In this document: one piece after another, positions 1 through 12,937 of the stretch
Numbering within the stretch: position 1 is the stretch's first letter
Layout of the letters: every line of letters begins with the position of its first letter
Assembly: GCA_964016885.1 (NCBI GenBank)
Contig: OZ024742.1
Span: 245,334,001 to 245,398,000 of the forward strand
Direction: 5' to 3'
DNA: 64,000 nt
Source of the DNA: Eledone cirrhosa
Taxonomy: Eukaryota
Notes under the pieces: model-generated
Databases searched by the model: none
Seen by the model: only the letters and a program-made list of their open reading frames with translations
What the model was told of the DNA's origin: nothing
Program-made: the position numbers and the translations under genes

Positions 1-70
1 CACAGACACATGTGTGCGTGTGTATGGAGGGGGAATATCAGGTGTAGTGCTGGCCAATTTCGGGAAGCAT
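1..70 (-). mobile_element. CR1-type LINE 3' fragment (cut by window edge)
   Basis: GTGTATGGAGGGGGAATATCAGGTGTAGTG...GGAAGCAT matches the ORF2 end/3' UTR of the CR1 copies at ~45630-45685 and ~51935-51990. Confidence 0.75.
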
Positions 71-593
71 ATACATACATGTGTATATGTGTGTGGATAT
101 GTGTGTGTGGATATGTGTGTGTGTGGATGTGTGTGTGTGGATATGTGTGTGTGTGTGTGGATATGTGTGGATATGTGTTTGATACAGCACTCCTTTAAAA
201 AACAAAAACAAAGCATTGGGTCAATTGACAGAATATAAATCAATAAACTATATATTGGACTGAAAGTACTGAAGTACTGGGGCTGCTTTGACAGAGTAAA
301 AACACACCTGAACACTGCTCCAGTATGGTCACAACTTATAGGGTGGAACAGGTAAAAGAATAAAAGAGCATATATATATTTAGAGGAAAAGCAAAGGCTT
401 TTAGGAATTTAACCCTTTAACATTTAAACCCTTATCTATAATTACAAGCACACATACATGCACAAAAAAACACATACATATGTACAAATATGCACACAAG
501 CACACACATGCACAGATTTATATGTAGAGTGAAAATCATAGATATTTATAAATCATAGATATAAATAATTTAAAATAAACAAAATCAATCATT

Positions 594-825
594 TTAACCC
601 TTTAGCATTTAAACCGGCCATATCTGGCCAGAATTCTCTCACCACTTTCTGTTCAAACCATCCATAACCAGCCACCCATACTTATGTTAAGGTATTGTTC
701 TCAAAATAAGTAATATCAAAATCTTATAGATTCAATATTATATGAGATAATTATGTGAGGTAAAGACTTTACCATGATGAAAATACAATAGTAAATATAG
801 AGTAATGTAAATGCTAAAGGGTTAA
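594..825 (+). mobile_element. piggyBac-type MITE, family 1
   Basis: TTAA|CCCTTTAGCATTTA ... TAAATGCTAAAGGG|TTAA terminal inverted repeats with TTAA at both ends; homologous copies at 18332, 32271, 33215. Confidence 0.8.
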
Positions 826-1577
826 AACATCTTTTTTTTATTCTATGTATGTTTCAGTAACATGAGGCAGTAATCTATAATCGATAATTTTGAGTAATCA
901 ATTAATTTCCCTCATCCCTCCATGATGCTGGTTATTTTTCCATGTTTTGGATCTTACCTCCTGGTCCTTACTTTGGATTTATTTGATCTGCATGATTATA
1001 AATCATAACACCAAAAGCTTCCCAGCATTTTATTTAGTCAAAACTAAGTAATGTTCATTTATAAATCTTTATAGAAATGTGTGTGCTTGTGTGTGTGTGT
1101 GTGTGTTGTGATATGTGTATGTGTATATATTTACCTGTATATGTGTGTTTGTGAGTATGTGTATTGTGTTATATGCATGTGTGTGTGTGTGTGTGTGTCA
1201 ACAAAAGGTGAGGTGAAAATACCTGGTGAGAGTGCTTTTGCTTGCTTCTCATCACCTGAATACCTCTAAAGGGAGTTTTGATCATGAAATTTCAAGGGTA
1301 GCCTTAGTTGATTGAAGTTTCTTTCCCTCTCGCCTAATTGAGTCAGCAACACACACATACACACTCTCTCTTTCATCATCATCATCACAATCATCACCGT
1401 TTAATGTCCATTTTTCCACACTAGCATGGGTTAGACGAATTGTCCCATTTGAGACAAGTCAGATCAGGTAACCATATCTTGCTCATACAGAACTGTTTCT
1501 GGTTGATTTCTATGGCTAGATGCTCTTCCTAATGCCGAACACATTAACAGTGTGGACTGGGTGCTTTTTATTGTGTT

Positions 1578-1584
<7 letters not shown>

Positions 1585-1609
<25 letters not shown>

Positions 1610-1667
1610 CGTGTATAAATGCATTTCATATGTTGTATACAAAAATATATACTCACATATACACGCG

Positions 1668-1762
<95 letters not shown>
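1585..1762. repeat. compound (TA)n/(CA)n microsatellite
   Basis: Directly visible dinucleotide runs; source of the spurious HTHT/CVCV ORFs. Confidence 0.95.
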
Positions 1763-1764
<2 letters not shown>

Positions 1765-1799
1765 TCACATTCACAATTGGAATCTCAAAATATTATTGT

Positions 1800-2082
1800 C
1801 ATGGGCAATTGGAAGGCAGCTACAGTAGAGGAAGACCAAGGCAGATCGATGAAGACCTGGTCAGAAAAAGAAAGCAGCAAGTGGAAGAAGGCTGTGATAG
1901 AGGAAGACTGTGGCAGACCTGGGCAGAACTAGTGAGAGATGATCTCAAAGTACTAGACCTCATAGAGAAAAAAATGAAAGAACCTGATGAGTAAAAGAGT
2001 GAAAGAAAGCTTTATTGGAAAACACCCATCCAACCCATGCAAGAATGGTAAATCTGAAGTATGATGATGATGACAGTGATGG

Positions 2083-2121
<39 letters not shown>
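1800..2121 (+). mobile_element. RTE LINE 3' fragment with (GAT)n tail
   Basis: Translates to ...EGSYSRGRPRQ...RGRLWQTWAELVRDDLKVLDL, like the C-terminus GRPKKTWDEVIKADL of the RTE at 14143; followed by CCAACCCATGC and (GAT)n. Confidence 0.7.
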
Positions 2122-2122
<1 letters not shown>

Positions 2123-2646
2123 AGAGGGATATAGCTGAGAGCATGGGGAAAGAAAATAAGAAAAATAGAGTAAGTTTTTTTTTTAAATATTACAATAGAA
2201 TAAATTTCTTACCAAGCGCTGTTGTTGTCCAGGGTTCAACCATTTGTAGACAGAAAGAAATGCAACCAGAAATAAGAACAGGTACCAAATAAAGACCAGC
2301 ATGTAGGGTTTTAAAATAGAGTCCCTTCTGTATACAGCATGGGGGAGGGCATACAAAAAACAACTGGTTGGGTCTTGATAGAAGCAACAGTAGGTTAGGT
2401 GATAGCAGATTTTGTGAATTGCTAATGAAAAGAAATACTGCTACTGCTGGAAGTAGCAGTAGTAGACTTGTTATGAAGTGAGTGTGTAGCCTAGGAGCTA
2501 CAGAAGAGGGGTGGAGGGAAGAAGATTCTTCAGGCAGTGGTGCTACCCCACACACCCAACAGACAAAAATATGACAACATGAAAAACGGAGTGTGTGTAG
2601 GTGAGAGAGATGGGGCATTTGATGTGCCTACATGTGTGATATATAA

Positions 2647-2693
<47 letters not shown>

Positions 2694-2893
2694 GTGTGTG
2701 TGTGTGTGTTTATATATATATATATACATAAGTTAAAAGTATGTCTCAACCCTGCAGGCTCATCAGGCTGGTACTTATCCCAGTCTCCATGGTGTGAGGC
2801 GACTGAGAGTACAAGACTCCCTACTGGACAGGATGCCAACACACACACATACATATATACACACATTCATACATATATACACACACACATTTC

Positions 2894-2953
<60 letters not shown>

Positions 2954-3000
2954 CACATATACATATGTATACAACCCAATATATATATATATACATTTAT

Positions 3001-3033
<33 letters not shown>

Positions 3034-3110
3034 ACGAAGGAGTTGTGGTAAGGAACCAGATGGACCATAACGTACCAGAGTACTCAATACTTAGGGTAGT
3101 AGAGTGGGTA

Positions 3111-3276
3111 ATAGGAGAAAGTATGACCCCGACGGTAGAGCTCAAGCTGTTTCGACCGCTATTTCTGGACTAAAGTAAAAGTTTTTTTAGTCTGGACTAA
3201 AAAAACTCTTACTTTAGTCCAGAAATAGCCGTCGAAACGGCTTGAGCTCTGCCATCTGGGCCATACTTTCTCCTAT
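3111..3276. repeat. long imperfect palindrome (~82-bp arms, 2-nt spacer) between (TA)n tracts
   Basis: ATAGGAGAAAGTATG...TTTTTTTAGTC / GACTAAAAAAAA...CATACTTTCTCCTAT; about 8 differences between arms by eye. Confidence 0.9.
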
Positions 3277-4319
3277 ATATATATATATATATATATATAC
3301 ATACATATATATATATCATCATCATCATTTAATGTCCATTTTCCATGCTAGCATGGGTAGGACGTGCTGTACTGTTGTGAAAGATCCAGGTCAGCGGGCC
3401 ATGTTTTGCTCACACAGAACTGATTATAATCTAGTGTGTATCCTATTTTTTATAATTAGTATGTGGAAAGAGGTGACTAAAGGAGTTGTCATCAAGGAAG
3501 GCATCCAGTTGTAAAACATTGCCTCAAAATATCCCATTCAACCCATGCCTGTATGGAAAAGTGGATGTATCATGATGATCATCATCATTCTATATCATCT
3601 GCTCTCCATGCTGGCATGAATTGGGCAGGTCATCACAGTTGGAGATAAGACATGGTTGAATAGCTACATCTTGCTCATACAATGCGTTTTATTGACAGGG
3701 TTTTTATAGCTGGATACCCTTCCCAATGCCAATCACTTCACTGAAAGTATTTGGTGCTTTTCATTGTGGCACCAGCACCACTACTTTGCAGGGTCTACTA
3801 GATGCATTTCATAGTGGCACCTGCATGATCATTTTACAGTATACTGGATGCATTTTACCATGCTACTAGCATTACCACTTTACATGGTTTCGATATTGGG
3901 CTGACTAATTTCAATAAATAGGTGGCATGAGATATGCACCCAGTACACTCTGTAAAATGGTTGGTGACAGAAAAGGCTTCCAATTGTAGAAACTATTCCA
4001 AAATTGGGTTGAAAGAATTCTCCGGTTGTCACTGGCATAACAACCTCTCTAGTGTTAGTGACATGATAGAACATACCGAGTACACACTAAAAGGTGGTGG
4101 GTGACAGGAAGGGCATCTAGCCATAGAAAACTTGCTGAACAAAGGGCTGAGAGGACTCTTCAGTTGTTTCGAAGACATGGTAGGTTCTCTATGGCTGGAG
4201 CTATGATAAAATGCACCCAGTACAATATGTAGAAAGATATATAAGCAAGATCTCTGTACATGTGTATTTATAAATATATATTTGTGTGTGTGTGCATACA
4301 TAAGTATACACACACACAC

Positions 4320-4351
<32 letters not shown>

Positions 4352-4679
4352 TGATGATAATGATGATGATGATACATATACATGTATGTGTGTGTGGATG
4401 GATGTATTTGTATTTATGCTTCTGAGTGGCAGATTAGCAGTAGACAAATGGATAGACAGAGAGCAATAAACAGCTGGGTAGATATAGAAATACAGATATA
4501 AAGAAATATAATAAAGAGTCAGTAGCCAGAGTTAAGTAAATAAGGAGTCAGTAGCCAGAGTTAAGTAAATGTAGGAGAAAGGCTGATTTTATATATCTAT
4601 ACACACACACGCACACATACATATATATATATATATACATGCACATCAACACACGCGTGAGTGCGTGTATTAGTTTAAT

Positions 4680-4805
4680 ACTGGAAGCCTATGGAAACTC
4701 ATAGATTCCGATGGTCTAGTTCTTGTAGCCAAATCTGTTGCAGAATTAGAGAAGAAATTTCCAGAACTGGAAGCCAAATTTGGAATAAAGAGGTCTTAAA
4801 GGTGA
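4680..4805 (+). mobile_element. decayed RTE internal (RT) fragment
   Basis: Nucleotide similarity to the LALIAESIVELEKKFQTWKQGLERKGLKV segment of the RTE at ~14990-15100. Confidence 0.55.
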
Positions 4806-6099
4806 GAAAGGAAAACAGGACTCTGTAAACTAAGGGTACACAAGAGATGTAGTGAGATTTCAGACAGGCTAACAAAGTAGGTTTCATGCGTGATCATTAA
4901 GCAGGAGTAGTAAGCAGCATGAGCTCACAGGAAACAAGCTCTATCAAATGCTCATAGAGCTCACCCATCCCTATCCTGCATACTTCCCCCACTCTACCTC
5001 ATTATCTAAGTATCCCACCTCAATTCCACCCCACCTTGCACATCCAACAACTCCTGCTAGTAGGACCCCCTCCCCCCCAATACAAAGACTTGTTGAACTC
5101 CTTCCAGCATAGAAAAGCAGTGCTCAACTTCATGTCTTCATCCCCCTCCTCATCCATGTCAACATACAAAAATGGATACACCCCCCCCCCCCTAATTCAA
5201 CACATGCTATGACGGAAAACTGGACATGCCCTACTTTGTACCTCAATAAGAAAGACATCACCAGGGAGGCCATACCAGAACAAATATGGGATGTATGAAC
5301 TAGACGTGGTCTCCTGTCCAGCCTAGTCTCAGAGTATGACAGCCCATCTGATCCCTGAGAGCATGGAAAATAGATGTTTAATGATGGTGAGGATGTACTC
5401 CATCCCTCCTGTGTTCCACACCCCTGATGCACATCTCTTATTAACTCATGCATGAATGGAAAACCAGACATACTCCACACCTGCTCTCCTGCAGTGTTGG
5501 TGCCACAACAAGAACACCCAGTCCACCCTGTAAAGTGGTCATGCTAGTATCATGACAAAAAAAAGCATCCAGTCTACTTTCTAAAATGGTAGTGGTGGTG
5601 CTACAAAAAATAGCTCCTAGTACATACTGTAATGTTGTTGGCATTAGAAAGGGTACCCAGCCATAAAAACCAAGCTAAAATCAGATCCGTATGAGTAAAA
5701 CATAGTTATCTGGCCTGGCTAGACTCATAACTTGACAATCTGTCTAACCCAAGCAAGTATAGAAAATAGATGTCAAACCCTAACCCTAACTATAATTTTA
5801 CATAAGAATATGTGTTAAGTTATGTTCCATACACCAATAATGAGAAATATAGTTATATTACTAAATCCTTTTAAATTGTTAACTATTTACAAAACTATTT
5901 GAAAATCATAGGCAGTCTCTCGTTAGTAATATGGTAATGAAAGGGTTAAGTAAAGGTGTTAAGCTAAATGGAAGATAGAAAAAGTGACGTGGAATGGAGG
6001 GGAGGAGATAAAAAGATTGGGAAAGAAACAGAGAGTAGCAGTAATTATTTTAACATGCAGTTGACCCCTGCTTATGTAGTTAATTCTAAAACTAATTTT

Positions 6100-6345
6100 G
6101 CGCATGGGTTAATGGTTAGAATGTTGAACTTATAATCACAATGCTGTCGGTTGATTCCTGGGCAAGGTGCGGTGTTGTGTTCTTGAGCAAAACATTTCAT
6201 TTCACGTTGCTCCAGTACTCTCAGCTGATAGTGACTATCAGCACTAACTGGGAGTTAGCCTTGCAATAGACTGGCATCCTGTCTAGAGGAAGTATTGTAC
6301 TCTCAGTCTCTTAACGCCAAGAAAACCAGGGATGGGCACTGGCCT
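6100..6345 (+). mobile_element. tRNA-head SINE family B (CORE-like centre)
   Basis: A-box-like TAATGGTTAGA, B-box-like GTTGATTCC, central TGTGTTCTTGAGCAAAACATTTCATTTCAC shared with copies at 26810, 30745, 37205, 60720, 61535. Confidence 0.7.
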
Positions 6346-7319
6346 TTTTTAATTTACATTTTGTGTTAGACACTACATGTCCTTACATGGTAAATGATAG
6401 TTAAAAGACTTAAAACTGTTGAAAATAGCCATTACAAATGCTTCTCAGATTCAGAGAATATCAAAAACTGGGTAATGACACCTGCCATAAAGATTTGTGT
6501 AATTCTAAAATTTCCTTTACCCTTTCAATACTAAACTGCATGAAACTGGTGCTGGTTTTACATTACAAAACTGTTTGTTTTGAAGTGTTTATATTTATCT
6601 AAAAAAATTTTAAAACTTCTATCATTATTTTATGTAAGAACCTTTAAGTTTCATTCCAAATACCAACTTAATAATGAAAAAGTTGGTTATAATACTAAAT
6701 CCCTCCAAATTCATATTTTCAAAATGATTAGAAAACCATAGGCAGTGTTTTTCATTAGAAACAGTAACAAAAGAATTAAAATAAACTCTGGGAGGTAAGT
6801 AAATTGATAGATAGGACCAGAGCCAGTTGTTAGAACTAACTAACTTATCTGGCAGTAGTAAGGAGGAGGAGGGAGGGGAGGAATGGCTACATTTACCTTT
6901 CTTTAGTTGGGGGAGGGCCACGATACAAAATGGTGTCAGGCAAATATAAACAACAATTCAGATCTATAGTTCACTCTTAACTTCCTATACCACATGAAAC
7001 AGCACTAGTAAGACATTCTAGAAAAATACAAAACAGCACTATGACTGCAACGCATCAAAAGTTAGTCTTTCATTTAGTTTACTGCAAATGTTTACAACAA
7101 TCTTTCTACTAGTAAATATACTACAAACATTTAAATTGATGGAGTAAATTTATTCAAAAGCAAAAAACAAATCTTATTTAGTAAAAAAAAGAGGAATCAA
7201 AAGGAAAGAAAGAATAGGAAAATATAGAAAGAAAGAAGGAAAAGAACGGGAAAGGGAGGGGATGGCAAGAGCTCTGGTGCTGCAGAAGAGATTGGAGGGG
7301 TGAAGGGGAGGAGGATTGG

Positions 7320-7660
7320 GCTTTGGGCCTAGGGCAAGAGGGCAGAAGTGCTGCGCCCCGCTGACAAGACAGCAAAAGCATTCCCCTGGACGATGGTCAG
7401 TGACACCCGCTGCAACAGCCAGCCAACCTTGTGGGGCTCTCCCTCCTCAGACAGGCCGCCGACGCTCCGATCTTGCGGAGAAGTTCGGCAGTACGGGGTT
7501 CAAGTATGCCTGAGATCTCAATGGTGACCGGTGTGAAGAGGAAGCGGCTGGACAAACCCTGGTACTTGTTTATTTTATGTTCTTCTGTGATGCCGGGGTT
7601 TGTGGACAAAGCGACTAAGTTGGAGGCAGAGAACATGTCGCAGCAGGTGGCGTCCCAGAA
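7320..7660 (-). mobile_element. CRE-like non-LTR element, C-terminal restriction-like endonuclease fragment
   Basis: FWDATCCDMFSASNL...KINKYQGLSSRFLFTPVTIEISG fits the WD-x-T...E-xx-K-xx-KY...F-x-P-xxx-ETxG pattern of RLE domains; clade assignment from memory. Confidence 0.7.
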
Positions 7661-8785
7661 ACAAATGATATGAAATCTTATTAACAAGATCTTCTTAAAA
7701 AATACAAAACAGTACTACGACTGCATCACATTAAAAATTAAAGTCTTTAATTTACTGCATATTTTCAGAATGATCTGTCCTCAGTAAAGATACTATAAAC
7801 ATTTGAATTAACAGACACTTTTTTAGATATTTTCAGCTAAATCATTACAGCATGTTATAATATACTGTAAATTTTCAAAACAATCTCGCCATTAGTAAAG
7901 ACACTATAACCATTTGAGTTAATAAACCTGAAATATTTTCCACTAATTCATTTAATGGTGTTAAGAGTTAATATTAAACAATTATAAACAATTCAGATCT
8001 ATAGTGAATAGGTGCGCAAATGGAGCTATAATTGGCCTAAACACCAGCAAACTGACTGACAAGCACAGATAAAACAAACAAACACATAATTGAACAAATA
8101 AATAAATAAATGAATGAAAATAAAGAGCATTTATTGGTTGGTTAAGGACCATGCCACTTCACAAAATGGCAAATTGAAAACAAGACACATTCTGCTTCTT
8201 AGAACCTGCACTAAACATGAATGAGATTAACAAGGATCATGTTGCTTAAAAACCAAACTTAACTATAGCCTGCTCTTAACATTGAACCAACTACAAGTTG
8301 CTTAACTATTTTCATTACTATGTTTCTTAAGAAACAATGTAATCAAGAATTTAGAGGGATTTAGTAAAATAACAAACTTTCTCACTATTTATCTGGTGTT
8401 TGGAACATAACTTAAAAAAGCTTCTTATATAGAATTATAATAGGTTTTTAGATAAATATAAACACTTTAAAACAAAGGTGCCATGATAAAATGCACCCAG
8501 TACACTCTGTAAAGTGGTAGAGTTGGTGCAAATGTTCCCTGCATACTCTGTAAGGTGGTTGGTGTTTGGGAGGGTACCCAACTGAAAAAATAACATGTTA
8601 AAATATGGAGTGTGTGAGCAAGCGGTAGCTCCCACAGCTTGTCTAGCCTCCAAAATGTGACAGCCAATTCAACCTTTGCCCGCATGGAAAGCAGACATGA
8701 AATGAGGATGATGATGATAACAAGAGCCATTTTGAGGCAATTTTCTATCAAAAGGGTCAGAAACAGTGCAATAGCAAGACGTTGC

Positions 8786-9028
8786 TTAACCCTATACCAT
8801 ATTTCTATTGCAATATACTGCTTATATTTTCCAAATAAATTTGAAGATAGTTAAAATTTGCAGAGATTTAGTAAAATAACTTTGTTGTTAGTAAACTGAT
8901 GTTTGAAAGATATTCTGAGATAAAATGATGTTAGACAGTTTTTAATCTAAGTATGAACATTTAAAATGGGTGGTTTCATATGATAAAACTTGAGACAATC
9001 GCAGACGAGTCTGTATCATAAGGGTTAA
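8786..9028 (-). mobile_element. piggyBac-type MITE, family 2
   Basis: TTAACCCT...AGGGTTAA ends; internal similarity to copies at 28447, 33440, 62276. Confidence 0.6.
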
Positions 9029-10325
9029 CTACAAGTTGCCTAAAAACACAGCATCAACTATAGTTTGCCCCAATCAGAGCATTAAAGACAACCAAACACT
9101 AATTATAAGACAACACTATCCCGAACATGTTCAAATCACTGTATTGACTTCATTTTGCACAAAACATTGCAAGCCCTGGAGTCTACTGAAAACACACTTG
9201 GAAACCGGCTTCGCATTGAACTGCACTTGGCAACCAGTTTCATGCTCGGTAGTACCTGGGAGACTGCTCTATACACAACCACTTAGGAACCTGTTCTATA
9301 GGTTGACTGGGAAATTTTCCCCAGAAAATTCCACCCCAGAAGTTCCACCATTGAAAATTTAACCTCAAAAAAATTCCTCCCTACAAAATTTTCACAAAAC
9401 AACCAATTAAACATCTGCAGAGACAGCTTGAATTGGAAATAATTAAGTATAGCTACTCACAAGGATCAAGAATCCCAACAAACTAGAGAAGGACCCTATG
9501 TGGTTACTTAACTTGCTAGAAATAGCAGCCAAATTTTACTCAAATTATACCAAATGGTTTTAAAAATAGAAAAAAGTAGATGTTGAATAATGTGGTCCTA
9601 AATATATCATGTCAAAATAAAAGATGGAATGGTAATGGCTTGACATGTTGATATATTAGCCTGCCAGATTAGGGTGGAACCAAAAACTAAGCAGCAACAA
9701 CATCTAGCTGCAAATGACCAACTCTCTCTCTCTCTCTCTCTCTCTTCAGAACATATTTCTTAGATCCAGTGGACCAAGTGATTGTTTTATAAAGATTGTT
9801 ATCTTCTGTTAAGAAAAAAGGAATTTATTCAGTTGTAAATTTACAGCAGCAAATGAAAACAAAACAAAAAGGAACAAAAATATGAACAAACCTAAAACAA
9901 ATAAAAATAAGTGGTTTGTTGTTATTATATGATAGGTTGTACAATAACAAGAACATATGGCATGATAGTTTATATCATGCTGTAAGTATGATAATACTTA
10001 AGAAGTATTTAGTAGAAGGTTACCAAAACCCCTATGGCAAAATAAAAGAATATGGTGAGATGTGATCCCACCACCACCACTACCCATGTGAGATGTTAGT
10101 ACTAACTTGGTATGTGCTGAAACTAGCCAACCCTTTCCGAGCAGGGAGAACAGACAGACATTAAAGGATAATCTTTACAGTAGGATAAATAACAGAACCA
10201 TCAGGAATATTATTCTGTTTTCATAAGATATGTTATCAAAGTAGTATGCTGTCAACCAGCTTAACTATGGAACAAAATCGAAGACATAATTGTAATCTTT
10301 AACTCTTAACGTCCACATGTAATCT

Positions 10326-10539
10326 TTAACTCTTAACATACCATATGAAACCGTATTAGCAAAAGAATCTTGAAAATACAAAACAGCACTAAGATCTCAT
10401 TAAAAAATTATTGTTTTAATCTAATACTGCAATTTTTCATACTGATCTGTCAACTAGTAAAGATACTATAATCATTTGAATTTACAAACCTGTTTTTAGA
10501 TATCCTATACTAAATCATTACTGGTGGTTAAGAGTTTAA
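10326..10539 (+). mobile_element. piggyBac-type MITE, family 3
   Basis: TTAACTCTTAAC...GTTAAGAGTTTAA ends; homologous to 62570-62998 and partial copies near 6970, 7680, 28199, 32850, 63785. Confidence 0.65.
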
Positions 10540-10838
10540 CATAATGAAATACTTTCTGAAATTGAAAATAATTGACTAAAGTACAAAGTATATCAATAAT
10601 AGATTTTCTATTGGGAATAATAGATTTTCTATAAGTCCATTGATATACAAATATATATTTTATATAGAAATGACTTCTACACGACAAGTATTGTTTCTAG
10701 TATTGTAGAAGTCATTACTATATATAAAATAAAGATGCCTATACTCTACCATCGTATTAAGTACCTTCTTTAACTGTAGTCACCTCTCGATACACATCCA
10801 GAATCCACCAATAATTATATATGTATATATATATATAT

Positions 10839-11240
10839 ATTATAAAATAACAAGAGGCTGGACTGGTGTAAATCCACTTGAGGGCGGCCGACTGAGGTAG
10901 AAGCTGCTAAATAGTCGGTCGTCCTCTTGTCTCTGATTTTCAGCCCCATGGATTTTATCTGTTATATTCCTTTGTTATATTTTGAATGCCTGATGATGTC
11001 ACCGGATTCATACTGGACCCGGTCATTGAAATGATCATAGTATAATAAACCTTTCAAGGATTTACATCAGTCCAGCCTCCTGTTATTTTATAATAATTAA
11101 CTCCGTACTCACACCACCAACTACACAAACGAAGACGGGTGAGTTGAATTACGTTGAGTGCTTTCCATAATATTACATTGAGATTGACCATATGGAATGA
11201 CCAGTTCTATCCAGTGGTGAACCAACAAACCTAAATAAAT
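10839..11240 (+). mobile_element. non-autonomous fold-back insert with hammerhead motif (probable Penelope-type pseudo-LTR relic)
   Basis: ~45-bp inverted arms (10839-10884 / 11050-11094), internal hairpin 10880-10926, hammerhead core at 10986-11043, (TA)n on both flanks. Confidence 0.65.
10986..11043 (+). ncRNA. type I hammerhead ribozyme motif
   Basis: Stem I ATGC/GTAT; CTGATGA 10990-10996; stem II containing ACCGG/CCGGT; GAAA 11028-11031; palindromic stem III ATGATCAT; predicted cleavage after AUA at 11039. Confidence 0.7.
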
Positions 11241-11312
11241 ATATATATATATATATATTAGTAGTACAGATTAAAGTTTAATCTGTACTAATAATAAATA
11301 TTTGCTCTAGGG

Positions 11313-11355
<43 letters not shown>

Positions 11356-11759
11356 TTATCATCATCATCATCATCGTTTAACGTCCATCTTCCACGCTTG
11401 CATGGGTTTGGACGGGAGTTTTCCCACTTGAGGCAAGAGTGGTTGTCTTGCTCGTATAGGACTGTCTGGCAGGTTTTCTACAGCTGGATGCCCTTCCTAA
11501 CACCAACCACGTTTACAGTGTGGACTGGGAGGTTTTTACTGTGTTACCTACACGGCCACATTACAGCGTGGACTGCGTGTTTTTTTGTCGTGACACCTAC
11601 ACAACCTCATTTGTTTCGGACTGGATGTTGTGGTACCAACATAACATAACTTTAGATTCAAAGGGGTGGTGTGGATGGGTGGGGGTATATATAATACTTA
11701 TATATATATATATAATCCTTTTCGAGCCCTCTTCAGATTTTGGTCTTCATAATTATTAT

Positions 11760-11812
<53 letters not shown>

Positions 11813-11940
11813 GTTGTTATATAGTAAGGTATATTATTGGTTGTGCAAAATGGTCCAATAAATTTTTGTTAGCAATATTAAGTTCTCCACGCTTTATTCC
11901 ATTCAAAGGAACAGCTAGATGATGTAAAACGGAGTATTAG

Positions 11941-12021
11941 TATCAAAATGAAAATCCGAAGGCAAGGTAAAATTTCCAAGCATTTGATTGGAAATTTTAC
12001 CTTGCCTTCGGATTTTCATTT

Positions 12022-12026
<5 letters not shown>
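11941..12026. repeat. perfect inverted repeat, 39-bp arms, 8-nt spacer
   Basis: TATCAAAATGAAAATCCGAAGGCAAGGTAAAATTTCCAA gcatttga TTGGAAATTTTACCTTGCCTTCGGATTTTCATTTTGATA, abutting (TA)n. Confidence 0.95.
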
Positions 12027-12056
<30 letters not shown>

Positions 12057-12059
<3 letters not shown>

Positions 12060-12360
12060 CCCATGGGTACAAGCTGAAGCATATAGACAATATGCCCCCA
12101 CACCCCCCACTGCAAGGTGGTCGTGGAGGTGCCACGGCAAAAAAGCACCCAGCCCACACTATAAAGTGGACGTGTAGGCGCCACGAAAAAGCATCCAGCA
12201 CTCACTGTAAATGAGGTTGGTGTTAGGAAGGGCATCCAGCTGTAGAAATCAAGCCAAATCAGTTCCTGTATGAGCAAGGCATGGTCAGCCGACCAGACAC
12301 TGCCTACAACAGGACAACCCGTCTAACCCATGCTAGCGTGGAAGAACGGACGTAAAACGG

Positions 12361-12393
<33 letters not shown>
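12057..12393 (+). mobile_element. RTE 3' UTR copy (5'-truncated) with (GAT)n tail
   Basis: Near-identical reverse complement of 13805-14140. Confidence 0.9.
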
Positions 12394-12394
<1 letters not shown>

Positions 12395-12744
12395 ATACAC
12401 ATACATAAATAGTGAAACAGCATGTTGTGGGAGGTGACAGGTTGGTAGGCAGCATGTGGGAGTTGACAGGCACCATGAGCAACATGTGGGAAGTTAAGAC
12501 CAAAAGTGTGTACATGAGATCTCCAATGACATTCGTGTTACTAACAGATCCAGAAAATCCACCACAGGGAAATAACAAATAAGAGAGTCACTCTCTAGTT
12601 AGGTAGCAATTGACTGCAGGGGTATGATGTTCAGGGAGCAGCCTGCAAACAGTATGACTAAAAAATGTGGAGAATAACAAATAAATGATAAATGTAAAGT
12701 GAATTTAACAGTTTTTGTGCATGGTTTTTTTTGTAATTTTTGTA

Positions 12745-12937
12745 CGTCTTCTTCGCCACCCACTTATTCCTGAGAGTTGTGGGGGTAGAGTCTTCAAACA
12801 CTCCTTCCAGCTGGTCCTGTCAGAAGCAGTCTCCAACTGATCCAGCTGATCCTCAAGCATGATCAGCCAAGCTCATGGATGTTATCCAACCATCTTGCTC
12901 AGAGTTTACCTCCTGGGTCTCTTGCCAGTTGGTTTTG
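12745..12937 (-). mobile_element. second RTE-type family, 3' fragment
   Basis: Minus strand reads KPTGKRPR...LETASDRTSWKECLKTLPPQ then GAAGAAG; shares TGACAGG..C.CTGGA...TTGA.GACTCT.CCC with 18650 and 52810. Confidence 0.65.

Noticed and set aside
4516-4570. 29-bp tandem duplication GAGTCAGTAGCCAGAGTTAAGTAAAT
   Set aside because: Ordinary two-copy slippage duplication with no further structure.
5776-5791. AACCCTAACCCTAAC as a telomeric seed
   Set aside because: Only about 2.5 units; compatible with chance or a MITE end.
11256-11296. Short hairpin TATTAGTAGTACAGATTAAA-G-TTTAATCTGTACTAATAATA between TA tracts
   Set aside because: Real but only ~20-bp arms and AT-rich; too short to assign, though it may be a miniature member of the fold-back class.
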